This document shows, piece by piece, positions 47,404-57,847 of a DNA stretch of 64,000 nucleotides. A program made the position numbers and the translations under genes. The stretch comes from Candidatus Poribacteria bacterium (GTDB lineage: Bacteria; Poribacteria; WGA-4E; WGA-3G). The DNA lies in assembly GCA_964291315.2 (NCBI GenBank), contig OZ219753.1:1152001-1216000 (forward strand). The letters are read 5' to 3'. The notes beneath the pieces are model-generated. The model worked only from the letters and a program-made list of their open reading frames with translations, was not told the DNA's origin and ran no database searches. Every line of letters starts with the position of its first letter. The stretch's first letter is position 1.

Positions 47404-50400
47404 ATGACCCTTCAAGAAATAATTTTGGCGTTAGAAAAATTTTGGGCAGACCAAGGCTGCATCATCCAACATCCGTGTGATATAGAAGTAGGTGCAGGCA
47501 CATTTAACCCCGCGACCTTTTTACGGTGCCTCGGACCGGAGCCGTGGAAGGTTGCCTATGTAGAACCGGTCCGGCGTCCAACCGATGGTAGATACGGTGA
47601 AAACCCTTTTCGGGTTGGCGCGTACTATCAATATCAGGTCATTCTCAAGCCGGCCCCGGAGAACGTTCTTCCGCTCTACCTTGAAAGTCTTTATCATCTC
47701 GGTATCTCGCCCCGCAAGAACGATATCCGATTTGTGGAAGACGACTGGGAGTCCCCAACCCTGGGTGCGTCTGGATTGGGTTGGGAGGTTTGGTGGAACG
47801 GCGCGGAGGTCACGCAATTCACCTATTTTCAGCAGATGGGGAGTATTGACCTTGCGCCCGTCTGTGCTGAGATTACCTACGGGCTTGAACGCATCGCGCT
47901 CTACCTACAAGATGTGGATAACTTCTTCGACATCCGCTGGAACGAACACGTTAACTACGGGGATGTACATCGGCAGAGCGAAGTCGAATATTCAACTTAC
48001 AATTTTGAGCGTGCCGATGTAGAGATGCTTTTTGAGCTGTTCGGCACCTACGAGAAGGAGACGCACGCCTGCCTAGATGCTGGGTTAGTGCTACCGGCTA
48101 CTGATCACGTTCTGAAGTGTTCCCACACCTTCAACATGCTTGATGCCCGCGGTGTTATCAGCGTCACAGAGCGGGTCAGTTACATTGAACGTGTGCGGCG
48201 GCTCGCCCAACGGATTGCCCGGGCTTACGTCAAACAACGTGAAGAGATGGCACACCCGCTTGTGGGGCGTTTCGGCACGGGAACTCAACCTATCGGAGAT
48301 AGCGGCTTCGTTCCGGTAACCGACAGCGCCGTATCACCGTCTCAAGAGACTGCTGATTTTCTTTTTGAAATCGGCACGGAAGAGATACCTGCGAGCTATG
48401 TTCCGCCTGTGCTTGCGCAGCTTCGCGAGATCGCAACTGAGTCACTTACAGATCAGAGGATCCCGTTCGGTGCCATCGAGACGCTCGGTACTCCGCGTCG
48501 GGTTACGGTCAGTATCAAGCGCGTAAAGACGTTTCAAGAAAGTCGAGAGACAGAGGTGGTGGGACCGCCAAAGCGTGTGGCTTATGACGAGAGGGGCGAG
48601 CCGACAAAAGCTGCTATCGGCTTCGCGCGGACGCAAGGGGTTGAGCTCGCCGCCCTCCGCATCGTCGAAACCGAGCGGGGCGAATATGTTGCTGCCTCTA
48701 AACTTGAAACGGGCGAACCGACGCGGGCGGTTTTGAAAAAACTCCTGCCCGAATGGGTCCAAGCCCTTCGCTTTCCGAAAACGATGCGCTGGGAAACAGA
48801 GTCTGGGGATGCAGGCACTTTCGCTCGTTTCGCGCGCCCGATCCGATGGCTTGTGGCACTATTGGGCGCTGATGTCGTCAGCTGCACCTACGGTGCCGTG
48901 GAGGCGGGACGCGTCACCTATGGACATAGGTCCTTGCATCCTGAGCCGATAGCCCTGGCATCCGCGGACTTAGAGGTCTATGCTGAGAGGCTGCGCGCCG
49001 CAGGTGTGATTGTTTGTCAAAATGAGCGCCGTGAAACGATCAAAAAACAGGTTGCAACCCTTTTAAAAGCGGAAGGTTGTCTGCCTATACTCGACGACGA
49101 ATTGCTTGACACAGTAAATTATCTCGTAGAGAACCCGCAGCCCGTCGTTGGCAATTTTAGCGAGTCGCATCTGAAAATACCGTCTGAGGTGCTAATCACG
49201 GCTATGAAGAAGCATCAGCGTTATTTTCCGATGTGGATGTCGGAGACTGCTCTTGCTGCGAAATTTATTACGATTTCCAACGGTACAGATGGCAATATTG
49301 AGGGTGTTCGGCATGGAAACGAACGGGTGCTCCATGCTCGCCTCAACGATGCTGCGTTTTTCTATCGGGAGGATCAGAAAACCGGGCTTGCCGATAAGGT
49401 GGAACGTTTAGGTGCGGTCGTTTTCCATGCCAAACTGGGTTCGCTTTTAGAAAAGGTGGAACGACTTAAGACCCTTGTTTCATATATCGGCGGCCACCTG
49501 CGGCTTTCGGAAACGTCTGTGCATCATGCGGCGCGCGCGGCGTGGTTGTGTAAGGCAGACTTGACGACGCAAATGGTTATAGAATTTCCATCACTGCAGG
49601 GCATCACAGGGCGACATTACGCGCGCAACTCGGGCGAGGTGGCATCTGTTGCTGCGGCTATTGCGGAACACTACCAACCGCTTGGTGCGGATACGCCGCT
49701 GCCTGAAACTGAGATCGGTGCGATCGTTTCTATCGCTGATAAGATCGACACGATTGTCGGCTATTTCGGAATAGGAGAGCGTCCGACAGGTTCGCAAGAC
49801 CCGTACTCGTTACGGCGAAACGCCCTCGGCACAATTCGTATAGTTCAAGAGCTGCAGCTGTCACTCTCTTTAGGGGCGGTTGTCCAAAAGGCACACTCAC
49901 TTTACGGAGTCGCGTTGGCGGGCGATACGGAGACGAGCGTTCTTAACTTCATCAAAGAACGTCTACGCGTCATCTTGCTGCAAACGCAGCGGTTCGCTCC
50001 GGATCTTGCCGATGCTGTGTTAGCGGTGGGTGAGGTTGACGTTATTGATGTTTTCAGCCGCGCCACCGCGCTTGCCGAATTTCGCTTGACACCGAGTTTC
50101 GAGGCAGTCTATAATGCCTTGAATCGGGTGCTGCGAATTTTACCGCAGCGTCCCCCGGAGACGGTAGAGACTACGTTGCTCCGTGAAGTGGCTGAAAAGC
50201 GATTGTCTGACGTTATCACTGAATTAGAGCCGGGCTTTAAGCGGAGTCTTCGGGAAGGTGACTACGGTAAGCTCTTAGCGCAACTGGCTGCTTTACAGCC
50301 AACTATCGACAAATTCTTTGATGAAGTGCTGGTTATGGCGAAAGAACCAGCCCTGCGCGCCAACCGGTTGGCGCTGTTGAATCGAATTGGACAGAATGTT

Positions 50401-50445
50401 TATGCGGTTGCTGATCTCACAAAGCTCGTAATCGCTGGGAACTGA
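47404..50445 (+). CDS. glyQS: Glycine-tRNA ligase, fused alpha+beta subunits
   Basis: Alpha motifs [34 protein letters not shown]; beta motifs [28 protein letters not shown]; single 1013-aa frame. Confidence 0.95.
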   Translation: MTLQEIILALEKFWADQGCIIQHPCDIEVGAGTFNPATFLRCLGPEPWKVAYVEPVRRPTDGRYGENPFRVGAYYQYQVILKPAPENVLPLYLESLYHLGISPRKNDIRFVEDDWESPTLGASGLGWEVWWNGAEVTQFTYFQQMGSIDLAPVCAEITYGLERIALYLQDVDNFFDIRWNEHVNYGDVHRQSEVEYSTYNFERADVEMLFELFGTYEKETHACLDAGLVLPATDHVLKCSHTFNMLDARGVISVTERVSYIERVRRLAQRIARAYVKQREEMAHPLVGRFGTGTQPIGDSGFVPVTDSAVSPSQETADFLFEIGTEEIPASYVPPVLAQLREIATESLTDQRIPFGAIETLGTPRRVTVSIKRVKTFQESRETEVVGPPKRVAYDERGEPTKAAIGFARTQGVELAALRIVETERGEYVAASKLETGEPTRAVLKKLLPEWVQALRFPKTMRWETESGDAGTFARFARPIRWLVALLGADVVSCTYGAVEAGRVTYGHRSLHPEPIALASADLEVYAERLRAAGVIVCQNERRETIKKQVATLLKAEGCLPILDDELLDTVNYLVENPQPVVGNFSESHLKIPSEVLITAMKKHQRYFPMWMSETALAAKFITISNGTDGNIEGVRHGNERVLHARLNDAAFFYREDQKTGLADKVERLGAVVFHAKLGSLLEKVERLKTLVSYIGGHLRLSETSVHHAARAAWLCKADLTTQMVIEFPSLQGITGRHYARNSGEVASVAAAIAEHYQPLGADTPLPETEIGAIVSIADKIDTIVGYFGIGERPTGSQDPYSLRRNALGTIRIVQELQLSLSLGAVVQKAHSLYGVALAGDTETSVLNFIKERLRVILLQTQRFAPDLADAVLAVGEVDVIDVFSRATALAEFRLTPSFEAVYNALNRVLRILPQRPPETVETTLLREVAEKRLSDVITELEPGFKRSLREGDYGKLLAQLAALQPTIDKFFDEVLVMAKEPALRANRLALLNRIGQNVYAVADLTKLVIAGN

Positions 50446-50579
50446 TAAAATAGTCATCAGCTATGAACTATAAGGTGGTTACACCTTCACCAAAAGGCGT
50501 TCTCTCATGTGTGTATTATATGACTCTTCTGCAAAATAGGTGACTTTTTTCTTGTATATCAGAGAAACTGAAAAAAGAC

Positions 50580-50608
50580 TTGACATGAGGTGCGTTTTAA
50601 GATATACT
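50580..50608 (+). promoter_or_regulatory. Sigma70 promoter of lamin-tail cassette 2
   Basis: TTGACA-17 nt-TATACT; spacer nearly identical to 5612-5641. Confidence 0.8.
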
Positions 50609-50669
50609 TAATAAATAATATATTGTAGAAGATGCAGCATGAAATAGTCCGAAAGTGAATTTGTAATCT

Positions 50670-51166
50670 ATGCGACATATGAAAGCTTTAGACACAGGCT
50701 CCAGAATTAGCACGTCAGATCGGCTTAGCCCCCTCTTGGGTATTCAGTGCCTATTATATCGTCTAATCCGTGCATTTAGTTGGCTTTTTAGCGATTACCC
50801 CCCCCCTTACCTTTACACACAGTAAGTGTTTTATCCCCTTTATCACAAAACATACCGGCGCACCGCGGCTCTACCCACTTTGCGCCTGCTCGCCAGCTGA
50901 CCCAACAGCACAAGATCGCACACCGGCCACAGAGCGTCCGGCAGCCGAAGATAGGCAGGAGCAAAGCCGATCCTATAGCAAAAGAGACAGCCGCTCTATT
51001 CTTTTCATATGTTTTATGCTGGCGTTCCGTTTTCACGCCCTTTAGGGACACTTGGTGCCGCCATTCAAAATACGCAAGGACAAGGCGGACTGAAATTTGG
51101 AGGCTGCCCCCGTTCCCTCTTCCTATGGAGAGCTGGAGGGTTCTTCACATAAAGTTGATTTCGTAA
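50670..51166 (+). other. Leader ORF frameshifted at the C9 tract (51 aa as read; 165 aa if C10)
   Basis: ATG 50670 reads MRHMKALDT... to TAA 50823-50825. The frame starting at 50807 is stop-free to TAA 51164-51166 and aligns with 5696-6205. Confidence 0.55.
50798..50806 (+). repeat. Poly-C9 homopolymer tract
   Basis: Read directly; equivalent to C10 at 5818-5827. Confidence 0.9.
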
Positions 51167-51256
51167 GCAGAGCGAATGGATCTGTCATCCGTGATTCCAT
51201 TCTTATTTGATTTATGTTTAATATATGAATAACAGAGGAGGATGAGACTAATGTCA

Positions 51257-54127
51257 ATGTTATGGAATAAAATGAGACTATTTGTGGTGTTGGGCCTGGT
51301 GTGTTTCTTCTCAACATCCCAGGCTTCCGCTCTTCAGCAGGATAACGCATGGCAATCGAAGAAAGGTAGCTTTTATGTTTTCACAGCCGGAGCATTGAGC
51401 CCTGCGAGCGAAACACCCACACTCGCTGACAACGGCATCGTGGACACGGTAAAAGGGAGCCCGAAGGAAATTGTTTCTGAGACTTATTTTCCGGTGGAGT
51501 GGCAGGAAATGCAGGAGATATTCCGCGGAGGCGGCGGGTTTGCCGTTGCAGCGGCGATTCCGTCTCCAGGCGACACGGGCCAGTTCACGTTTGCTAAGCA
51601 TAAAAGTTGGGCTGCTACAAAGGCGGGTGCGGACGCGTTAGAGCCTACCGAAGAGGCAAAAGCCTTGGCGCAGACGCTCAAGCAGGCAATTGTTTTCAGC
51701 GAGGTCATGTGGGGTCGGGATTTCGCTGCGAGAACTGATGGTCCCGGCGAGTTTGGGGCCCAATGGGTTGAATTTTACGTCAATAAACCTTTGAAAAGCA
51801 ACGATGTGGTGGTATTCAGATCATATAGTAATGCGACCGAGATGCCTGCTCCGGGTGATATAGTATCAGTAACTCAGGGCGGTGGTTCTAATTTTTATCG
51901 CCATCATTATGTCTTTTTGGATCGTATATCAACGATCGATCGTTGGGGTAGGAATTGGTTCCCGGATGCGCCGGGTAAAGACGGTGATACCGATGGCAAC
52001 ACAAATGCCGGCCTGCCTCCGACGCCTGTGGTCTCTATGTATCGGGATATCAAACTTGATAGCACAGGGAAGGCGTATGCGGTCAAAGATGGTAACCTGG
52101 ATGGACTCGGTGATGGCAGCGAACCCAGCTCCTGGAAGGAGTCCGTCGGCCGCGTGAACATGGCGGGGCATTTCATCGGTTCCCCGGGCAGCGTTCACGT
52201 GCTTCATCCTGGCGGTCCCCATGTAACAAGGTTTGATAAGGCGCCTAAGGATGAAGATATCACGGCTACCGGCATCATCATCAATGAGGTGTACAACGAC
52301 CCGTCAAGTGCGAACTTGGATTGGGTAGAGTTGTTCTATAATACCGATGATGCGGCAGCTGCATCTATAAGCATAGAGAACTATAAGTTGAGCTTGGTGA
52401 TGGGGAAGATGAAGACTGATGGCAGCGGCTACCACGAGTCTGGGGATGCCAACTTCACGGAGACGAGCCTTGCGGTGCTGCCGAAATACAAGATGCGGCC
52501 GGGGGAGTATCTGGTGGTCTATAATCGGGAGCCTGGGAAGAGCGTTAAGCTCGCTGGGGGTGTGAACGTTAGCAACCTGTTGGACAGAACGGACATCAAT
52601 ATGGGTGCGACGCACAAGTATGCGGTTGCGAAGGATCTGAGTCTGCCTGCTACGGGCAAGTTCTTGATCCTGTTGCGCACGCGGAATAGTGCGGATGACG
52701 TTGGCAAGCCGACGAACATCAAAGACTACGCTGGCAACGGGTTCTTCAAGCGCATGGAAGATGGAAAGTTCAACACGTACCTCTGGCCGTTCGTGGGCTG
52801 GTCGAAGCCGGGAGATGTGGATGAGAGCGACTTCGGTGGTATGAACAGCTTCTCTTCTCGGAGCATGTCGTTCGGTCGGGGTGTGCACTTAAACGCGAAG
52901 GGGATGTATTGGGCGAAGTCTCGTGCGAATCGTGTCCACAAAGACGACTGGCAGTCGTTTGGTTTCATGGGTGCTGGCTACGATCGCGGCAAAGATAAAA
53001 CGATTGACAAGGCGAGTTCCCCTGGCACGCCGGGGTATCCGAACATGGTAGTGGGCGTGATCGCTGATGACAAAGACACCGCATCGACTGAAGACGACTA
53101 TGCGTTTGATGGAACAGTGACGATCAGCGAGATTATGTATGATGCGGGACCGCGCTGGGACTTGGTGCAGTGGATAGAGCTCTACAATAGTTCTATGACG
53201 GAGACGCTAAACCTTGAAGGGTGGGAGTTTGAGATCCGCAACGCCGACACAAACGTAGATGCGTATGTGGATGCGTCTTTCACGTTTGCTGCGGGGACGT
53301 ATCTGCCGCCGAATCAGACGTTGCTGCTGGTGTCGAAGAACGGTGTGAACGATGTGCCGGAGAACTACGTATACAATCTGCAACAGAAGCATCGTAGCGA
53401 TTTAGGGTTGGCGGCGAACGGTCGCCGGTTGCTGAGTGCGGAGGGTTTCCGTCTGGAGCTGCGTGCAAAGGTCAACATAGGTGGTCAGTCCCGGTTGCGG
53501 GTGATGGACACGGCTGGCAACGTTGAGATAGTGGAGGGTCTGCGCAAGCGTGCGTGGGAGCTGCCGAAGCGTGGGGATGTGCGGATGTCTATTGTGCGCA
53601 AGTCTGGAGGCATCTTCAATAACATGACAGAGGGTTCTGGTCCGCATGCTGCGGATGACGGTCTGATGAAAACCTCTTGGCGGAAGGGTTCCTCGCTGAC
53701 GTACTACGGACATCGTGACGATATCGGCACGCCGGGTCATCGTGCTGGGGGACCGCTGCCCGTGTCGCTCTCGAGTTTCCGTCCTGTGCGCGATGTCTCG
53801 ACGGGCCACGTTGAGATTACGTGGGTAACGCAGTCGGAGCTGAACAATGCGGGGTTCAATATCCTACGCAGTGAGAGCAAGACCGGTGAGTTTGCGGTTA
53901 TCAACGCCGAGGGTCTGATTGCTGGCCACGGCACGACGTCTGAGAGGCATGTGTATCGCTACACAGATACGACTGCGAAGCCGAGTGTGGTGTATTATTA
54001 CCAGATAGAAGATGTTTCTATGGATGGGGTGCGCACGACGTTACGGACGACGCATCTGCGTGGGGATGTCTCTGCGAATGGTAAACTCACAACGCGTTGG
54101 GGAGAGCTGAAATCGTCTGATAAATAA
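51257..54127 (+). CDS. Secreted lamin-tail-domain protein, paralog 3
   Basis: MLWNK signal peptide, same domain series and GKLTTRWGELKSSDK end; alternative starts at 51242/51251. Confidence 0.85.
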   Translation: MLWNKMRLFVVLGLVCFFSTSQASALQQDNAWQSKKGSFYVFTAGALSPASETPTLADNGIVDTVKGSPKEIVSETYFPVEWQEMQEIFRGGGGFAVAAAIPSPGDTGQFTFAKHKSWAATKAGADALEPTEEAKALAQTLKQAIVFSEVMWGRDFAARTDGPGEFGAQWVEFYVNKPLKSNDVVVFRSYSNATEMPAPGDIVSVTQGGGSNFYRHHYVFLDRISTIDRWGRNWFPDAPGKDGDTDGNTNAGLPPTPVVSMYRDIKLDSTGKAYAVKDGNLDGLGDGSEPSSWKESVGRVNMAGHFIGSPGSVHVLHPGGPHVTRFDKAPKDEDITATGIIINEVYNDPSSANLDWVELFYNTDDAAAASISIENYKLSLVMGKMKTDGSGYHESGDANFTETSLAVLPKYKMRPGEYLVVYNREPGKSVKLAGGVNVSNLLDRTDINMGATHKYAVAKDLSLPATGKFLILLRTRNSADDVGKPTNIKDYAGNGFFKRMEDGKFNTYLWPFVGWSKPGDVDESDFGGMNSFSSRSMSFGRGVHLNAKGMYWAKSRANRVHKDDWQSFGFMGAGYDRGKDKTIDKASSPGTPGYPNMVVGVIADDKDTASTEDDYAFDGTVTISEIMYDAGPRWDLVQWIELYNSSMTETLNLEGWEFEIRNADTNVDAYVDASFTFAAGTYLPPNQTLLLVSKNGVNDVPENYVYNLQQKHRSDLGLAANGRRLLSAEGFRLELRAKVNIGGQSRLRVMDTAGNVEIVEGLRKRAWELPKRGDVRMSIVRKSGGIFNNMTEGSGPHAADDGLMKTSWRKGSSLTYYGHRDDIGTPGHRAGGPLPVSLSSFRPVRDVSTGHVEITWVTQSELNNAGFNILRSESKTGEFAVINAEGLIAGHGTTSERHVYRYTDTTAKPSVVYYYQIEDVSMDGVRTTLRTTHLRGDVSANGKLTTRWGELKSSDK

Positions 54128-54178
54128 CAGACAAGAAGGTTAGACAGAGATAGACAACTCTGAATCCGACTAACCAAA

Positions 54179-54210
54179 GTTGGGGGTGGAATGCCTGTTT
54201 CACCCCCAAC
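54179..54210 (+). terminator. Hairpin, probable terminator after cassette 2
   Basis: GTTGGGGGTGGAA-loop-TTTCACCCCCAAC; homolog of 12030-12067. Confidence 0.7.
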
Positions 54211-54642
54211 GTTCTTAACCGCATTCTCTTCCTGGTCTCTTTTCCCCTCCGTAAGCACAGAATACCGCACCTCCTGTCTGATTCTGCCGACACTTGATCG
54301 CTGCCGCCTCAAAACGAAGTGCCCCGGAATCCGTCCTTGCCCACTTCGTCTTTCTAATCAAAGAGAAGTTAACTATAAAGCTCGGATTAGAGAAAAAAAT
54401 AGGTTGACATTTCATGGCGATCAGGTTAAAATAAATGACACTATTCACTTAAATCGTTTGGTTGATACGGAGCGACCGACATTCCCTTTTTATATTAACC
54501 TCCTTTTGACTTTATTTGTTAAGGGAAATTACAGGGTCCGCTTAGGCACAATATCCGCAAGTGTTATGTATATGCTTTAGTCCTCTTTTCGGATAAAACT
54601 GTCGATCGCCCCTGCAAAGTTTTTGAGAATATAGGAAAAGAA

Positions 54643-54672
54643 TTGACCTTTACGCGCGAAATGTGATATATT
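54643..54672 (+). promoter_or_regulatory. Sigma70 promoter (extended -10) upstream of the murQ leader
   Basis: TTGACC-18 nt-TATATT with TG at -15/-14. Confidence 0.55.
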
Positions 54673-54695
54673 ACTTTAAACTTGAACAGCTAGGG

Positions 54696-54862
54696 TCTGG
54701 TGTGCTGTTTGATATTATTTTCAGTGGTGGTCATTCCACCTATCAACCGATGTTCACTGACAAACTCCGCCACCACCGGTTTGCGGGATCAACCGGTGGC
54801 CTCGGTACATCTTCCGAGACGTGCCTCGCTTATGAGACAGTATCAGCACAAGCGACATTAGA
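54696..54862 (+). ncRNA. Candidate structured RNA / leader upstream of murQ (family not identified)
   Basis: Long 5'/3' closing stem with G-U pairs enclosing three hairpins. Confidence 0.4.
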
Positions 54863-54891
54863 GTGGGGAAGTGTTGCTGTCAAAGGAACAC

Positions 54892-55800
54892 ATGCAAACG
54901 CCAACAGAGCAGCGAAACCTGAATGCTACCGAGATTGACCTAAAACCGATCTCAGAAATCGTCCGGGTTTTTCACGAAGAAGACCGAAAAGCTGTTGCAG
55001 CAGTAGAGGCAGAATCTGATGCAATTGTACACGCCATTGAATTATGTGTTGCAGCGTTTCGTAATGGAGGTCGTCTCTTTTATGTTGGTGCGGGTACGAG
55101 TGGTAGACTTGGCGTGTTAGATGCCTCCGAATGTCCGCCAACCTTTAGTACACCTCCTGAAATGGTGCAAGGAATTATCGCAGGTGGTGATGTGGCTTTG
55201 CGCCGCTCTGTGGAAGGCGAAGAGGACAAACCGCAACGAGGTGCAGAAGCTGTCCGAAAACGTGAACTCGCGCCACAAGATGTCCTCCTCGGAATTGCGA
55301 GTAGTGGGCGAACGCCTTACGTCATCGGGGCTTTGAAGGAAGCACACTGCATTGGGGCAACAACAATTTTTCTCTGTTGTGCACAACCACCTAACCGACT
55401 TAAGGAGTGGGTCACCCATTTTATCGTTCCAATTGTCGGTCCAGAGATCATCACGGGCTCGACCCGATTAAAGGCAGGTACAGCAACCAAACTCGTCTTG
55501 AACATGCTAACCACAGTTTCTATGATAAAGTTAGGAAAAGTCTACGACAATCTGATGGTGGATGTTCGAGTTTCTAACGCGAAGTTGACTGCGCGGAGCA
55601 TCCACATCATTCAAGCTGTTACCGGTGTTGAGGCTGCTGTTGCCGAAGCCGCATTGGCACAAGCGAATGGTCGCACGAAGCTGGCCATTGTAATGCTTGC
55701 AAATGGATTGAACCCCACAGACGCAGAAGCTTTATTGGAAAGACACGCTGGGTTTCTAAGAAAAATTCTTGATACAGAACACGAAGATTTTCCTAGCTGA
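54892..55800 (+). CDS. murQ: N-acetylmuramic acid 6-phosphate etherase
   Basis: Motifs TEQRN, GAGTSGRLGVLDASECPPTF, GSTRLKAGTATKLVLNM and NLMVDV...N.KL. Confidence 0.95.
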   Translation: MQTPTEQRNLNATEIDLKPISEIVRVFHEEDRKAVAAVEAESDAIVHAIELCVAAFRNGGRLFYVGAGTSGRLGVLDASECPPTFSTPPEMVQGIIAGGDVALRRSVEGEEDKPQRGAEAVRKRELAPQDVLLGIASSGRTPYVIGALKEAHCIGATTIFLCCAQPPNRLKEWVTHFIVPIVGPEIITGSTRLKAGTATKLVLNMLTTVSMIKLGKVYDNLMVDVRVSNAKLTARSIHIIQAVTGVEAAVAEAALAQANGRTKLAIVMLANGLNPTDAEALLERHAGFLRKILDTEHEDFPS

Positions 55801-55840
55801 CGCGTTTTCAGGCGCAGAATATATTATAAGGAGGAATTCT

Positions 55841-56791
55841 ATGGGTACGAAAGTGGGACTTGCAAAAACCGGGAGGCGACGATCGAATGTTTTTGAGGCA
55901 CTTAACAGTATACGCGCGGAACTTATACCAAAGGTCAGTGAACGGGTATTGTTGAAACCGAATTTTCTCTCCAGCACGAATCAGCTCGCTTCATCGCATC
56001 CGGATGCGATACGCGGTGCCCTTGATTTCCTGATCAGTACGCCGCAGCCTCCTAAAGAGGTAATTATCGCGGAAGGTGCGAACGAGAAATTTTCCGGTGA
56101 GGCGTTCCAAATCTTCGGATATGAAGCACTCCAAGCTGAATACGACCTCCCTATCCGACTCGTGGATTTACATCAAGAAACCGAGTGGCTAAAAGCTAAG
56201 GTTTTTCTTGCTGAACGCAAGGAGGATACCGTGCGAATGCCGAAAATAGTACTGGATTGTCCGTGCACGATCTCCGTTGCTATTGCTAAAACCCATGATG
56301 TTGGGGTCGTGACCCTTGCTATGAAGAATCTGATTATGGGCACCTTGCACAAAGCAGATCGGATTAAAATTCACGGCTACCACAGTCACGCCGACCGTGT
56401 GCTGCCGCGCGAGGCACAGACGCTCAATATTAACCTACTTCGCCTCTCACGCCACCTTAAACCTGATATTGCCATCGTTGATGGCACTGTCGGTTTGCAG
56501 GGCAACGGCCCCGGCGGGACTGACTCTGTACCGCTCGGTATCGCTGTTGCCAGTGATGATGTCTTCGCAGCGGACGCTGCTGCAGCGAAGACAATGGGAT
56601 TTGAACCGTTAGAGATTGGACTTTTTCATTACGCAAACGAAATGGGCTACGGTGTCGCGGACCTGAGCAAAATTGATATCCTTGGCCCCGCCTTGGAAAC
56701 AGTAGCGATGTCCTTTAAACCGCATGAAATGGCCGAACTTCAGTTCCAATGGCAGGAATCGAACGCTACAGAATATCTGGCAGCTGACTAA
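55841..56791 (+). CDS. DUF362 family protein
   Basis: VLLKPN, HPD, KTH....TLAMKN, IVDG..G..GNGP, D..A.D. Confidence 0.85.
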   Translation: MGTKVGLAKTGRRRSNVFEALNSIRAELIPKVSERVLLKPNFLSSTNQLASSHPDAIRGALDFLISTPQPPKEVIIAEGANEKFSGEAFQIFGYEALQAEYDLPIRLVDLHQETEWLKAKVFLAERKEDTVRMPKIVLDCPCTISVAIAKTHDVGVVTLAMKNLIMGTLHKADRIKIHGYHSHADRVLPREAQTLNINLLRLSRHLKPDIAIVDGTVGLQGNGPGGTDSVPLGIAVASDDVFAADAAAAKTMGFEPLEIGLFHYANEMGYGVADLSKIDILGPALETVAMSFKPHEMAELQFQWQESNATEYLAAD

Positions 56792-56804
56792 CGAAGGGAG
56801 AAAT

Positions 56805-57689
56805 ATGAAACGCTTTTATTATAAAATCCTGATTCTGTTTTCTATACTCTACACTGCCCCTGTATGGGCGTGGTGGGGCGGCGGACATGATATCCTCACG
56901 CGCGGAGCCGTTAAGGCGCTTCCCGAAGAGATGCCTGATTTTTTTCAGGCCGCCGAGAAAATGGTGGCGCACTGTGCCTACGACCCGGATATATCAAAAG
57001 GACCGGAAACACCACATGCACGACAGGCAGAATACGGAGAACATTATATCGATGTAGAACTGCTAAAAGAACACCCCATTCCAGAGGGACGCGAGGCACA
57101 TATTGAGCTTTGTGCTGATTTAGGACTCACCCCGCGGAAGGTTGGGACGCTCCCGTACGCACTTGCAGAATGGACAGAGCGACTTGCGGTCGCTTTCTCA
57201 GAATATCGCAAGTGGCCCGATAATCCTATGATTCAACATAAGTGTTTTCTCTACGCAGGATTTCTAGCACACTACGCACAAGATATGTGCCAACCGTTGC
57301 ATCTGACAATTCATTTTAACGGTATTGTTCAAGAAGACGGGACACGCCTGCATGACGGGATCCATGAGAAGGTGGATTCGGCAGTTGAAATTTTGAAGCT
57401 TAATCCAGCGAAACTCGCCGAAGCACAAGACATTAAAGCGGTCGACAGGCTCATGCCGGCAATAATAGAGCAGATTAAGGCAGGACACGGATTGGTAGAT
57501 AGTGTTTATGCACTTGCAGAAGACTTTCAGAATCTCGACGATCCGACACCGGCATTGCTCAATTTCACAAACGACCGAGCACGCGAAGCTGTCCGTTGGA
57601 CGGCTTCACTTTATTTAACTGCATGGAGACTTTCTGAGAACATTAAACTACCCGGTTGGCTTGACCGCACACAAAACGATAAAAGATAG
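56805..57689 (+). CDS. Secreted S1/P1 nuclease / Zn-dependent phospholipase C fold protein
   Basis: Signal peptide then W-W-G-G-G-H; HYID, HYAQD..QPLH, H...D. Confidence 0.85.
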   Translation: MKRFYYKILILFSILYTAPVWAWWGGGHDILTRGAVKALPEEMPDFFQAAEKMVAHCAYDPDISKGPETPHARQAEYGEHYIDVELLKEHPIPEGREAHIELCADLGLTPRKVGTLPYALAEWTERLAVAFSEYRKWPDNPMIQHKCFLYAGFLAHYAQDMCQPLHLTIHFNGIVQEDGTRLHDGIHEKVDSAVEILKLNPAKLAEAQDIKAVDRLMPAIIEQIKAGHGLVDSVYALAEDFQNLDDPTPALLNFTNDRAREAVRWTASLYLTAWRLSENIKLPGWLDRTQNDKR

Positions 57690-57847
57690 CGGTCAGTGGT
57701 TAAGTGTCAACTGTCTACTCAGAATAATAACCTCTGTTTTTAATCTATCCAAACCCCGAGGATCCCGGAGTGGAATGATGTGTTAGAGGGGCCCTCTTTA
57801 TCCGACAACTGATAACCGAAGATAATTATTAATAAGGAGAAATAACT

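Noticed and set aside
54663-54938. 91-aa ORF over the murQ leader
   Set aside because: Begins inside the predicted -10 element, has no RBS and overlaps murQ out of frame; RNA structure explains the region better.
57690-57830. Possible MITE with degenerate inverted ends (CGGTCAGTGGTT...AACTGATAACCG)
   Set aside because: Ends are imperfect, with no target duplication or second copy in the window.
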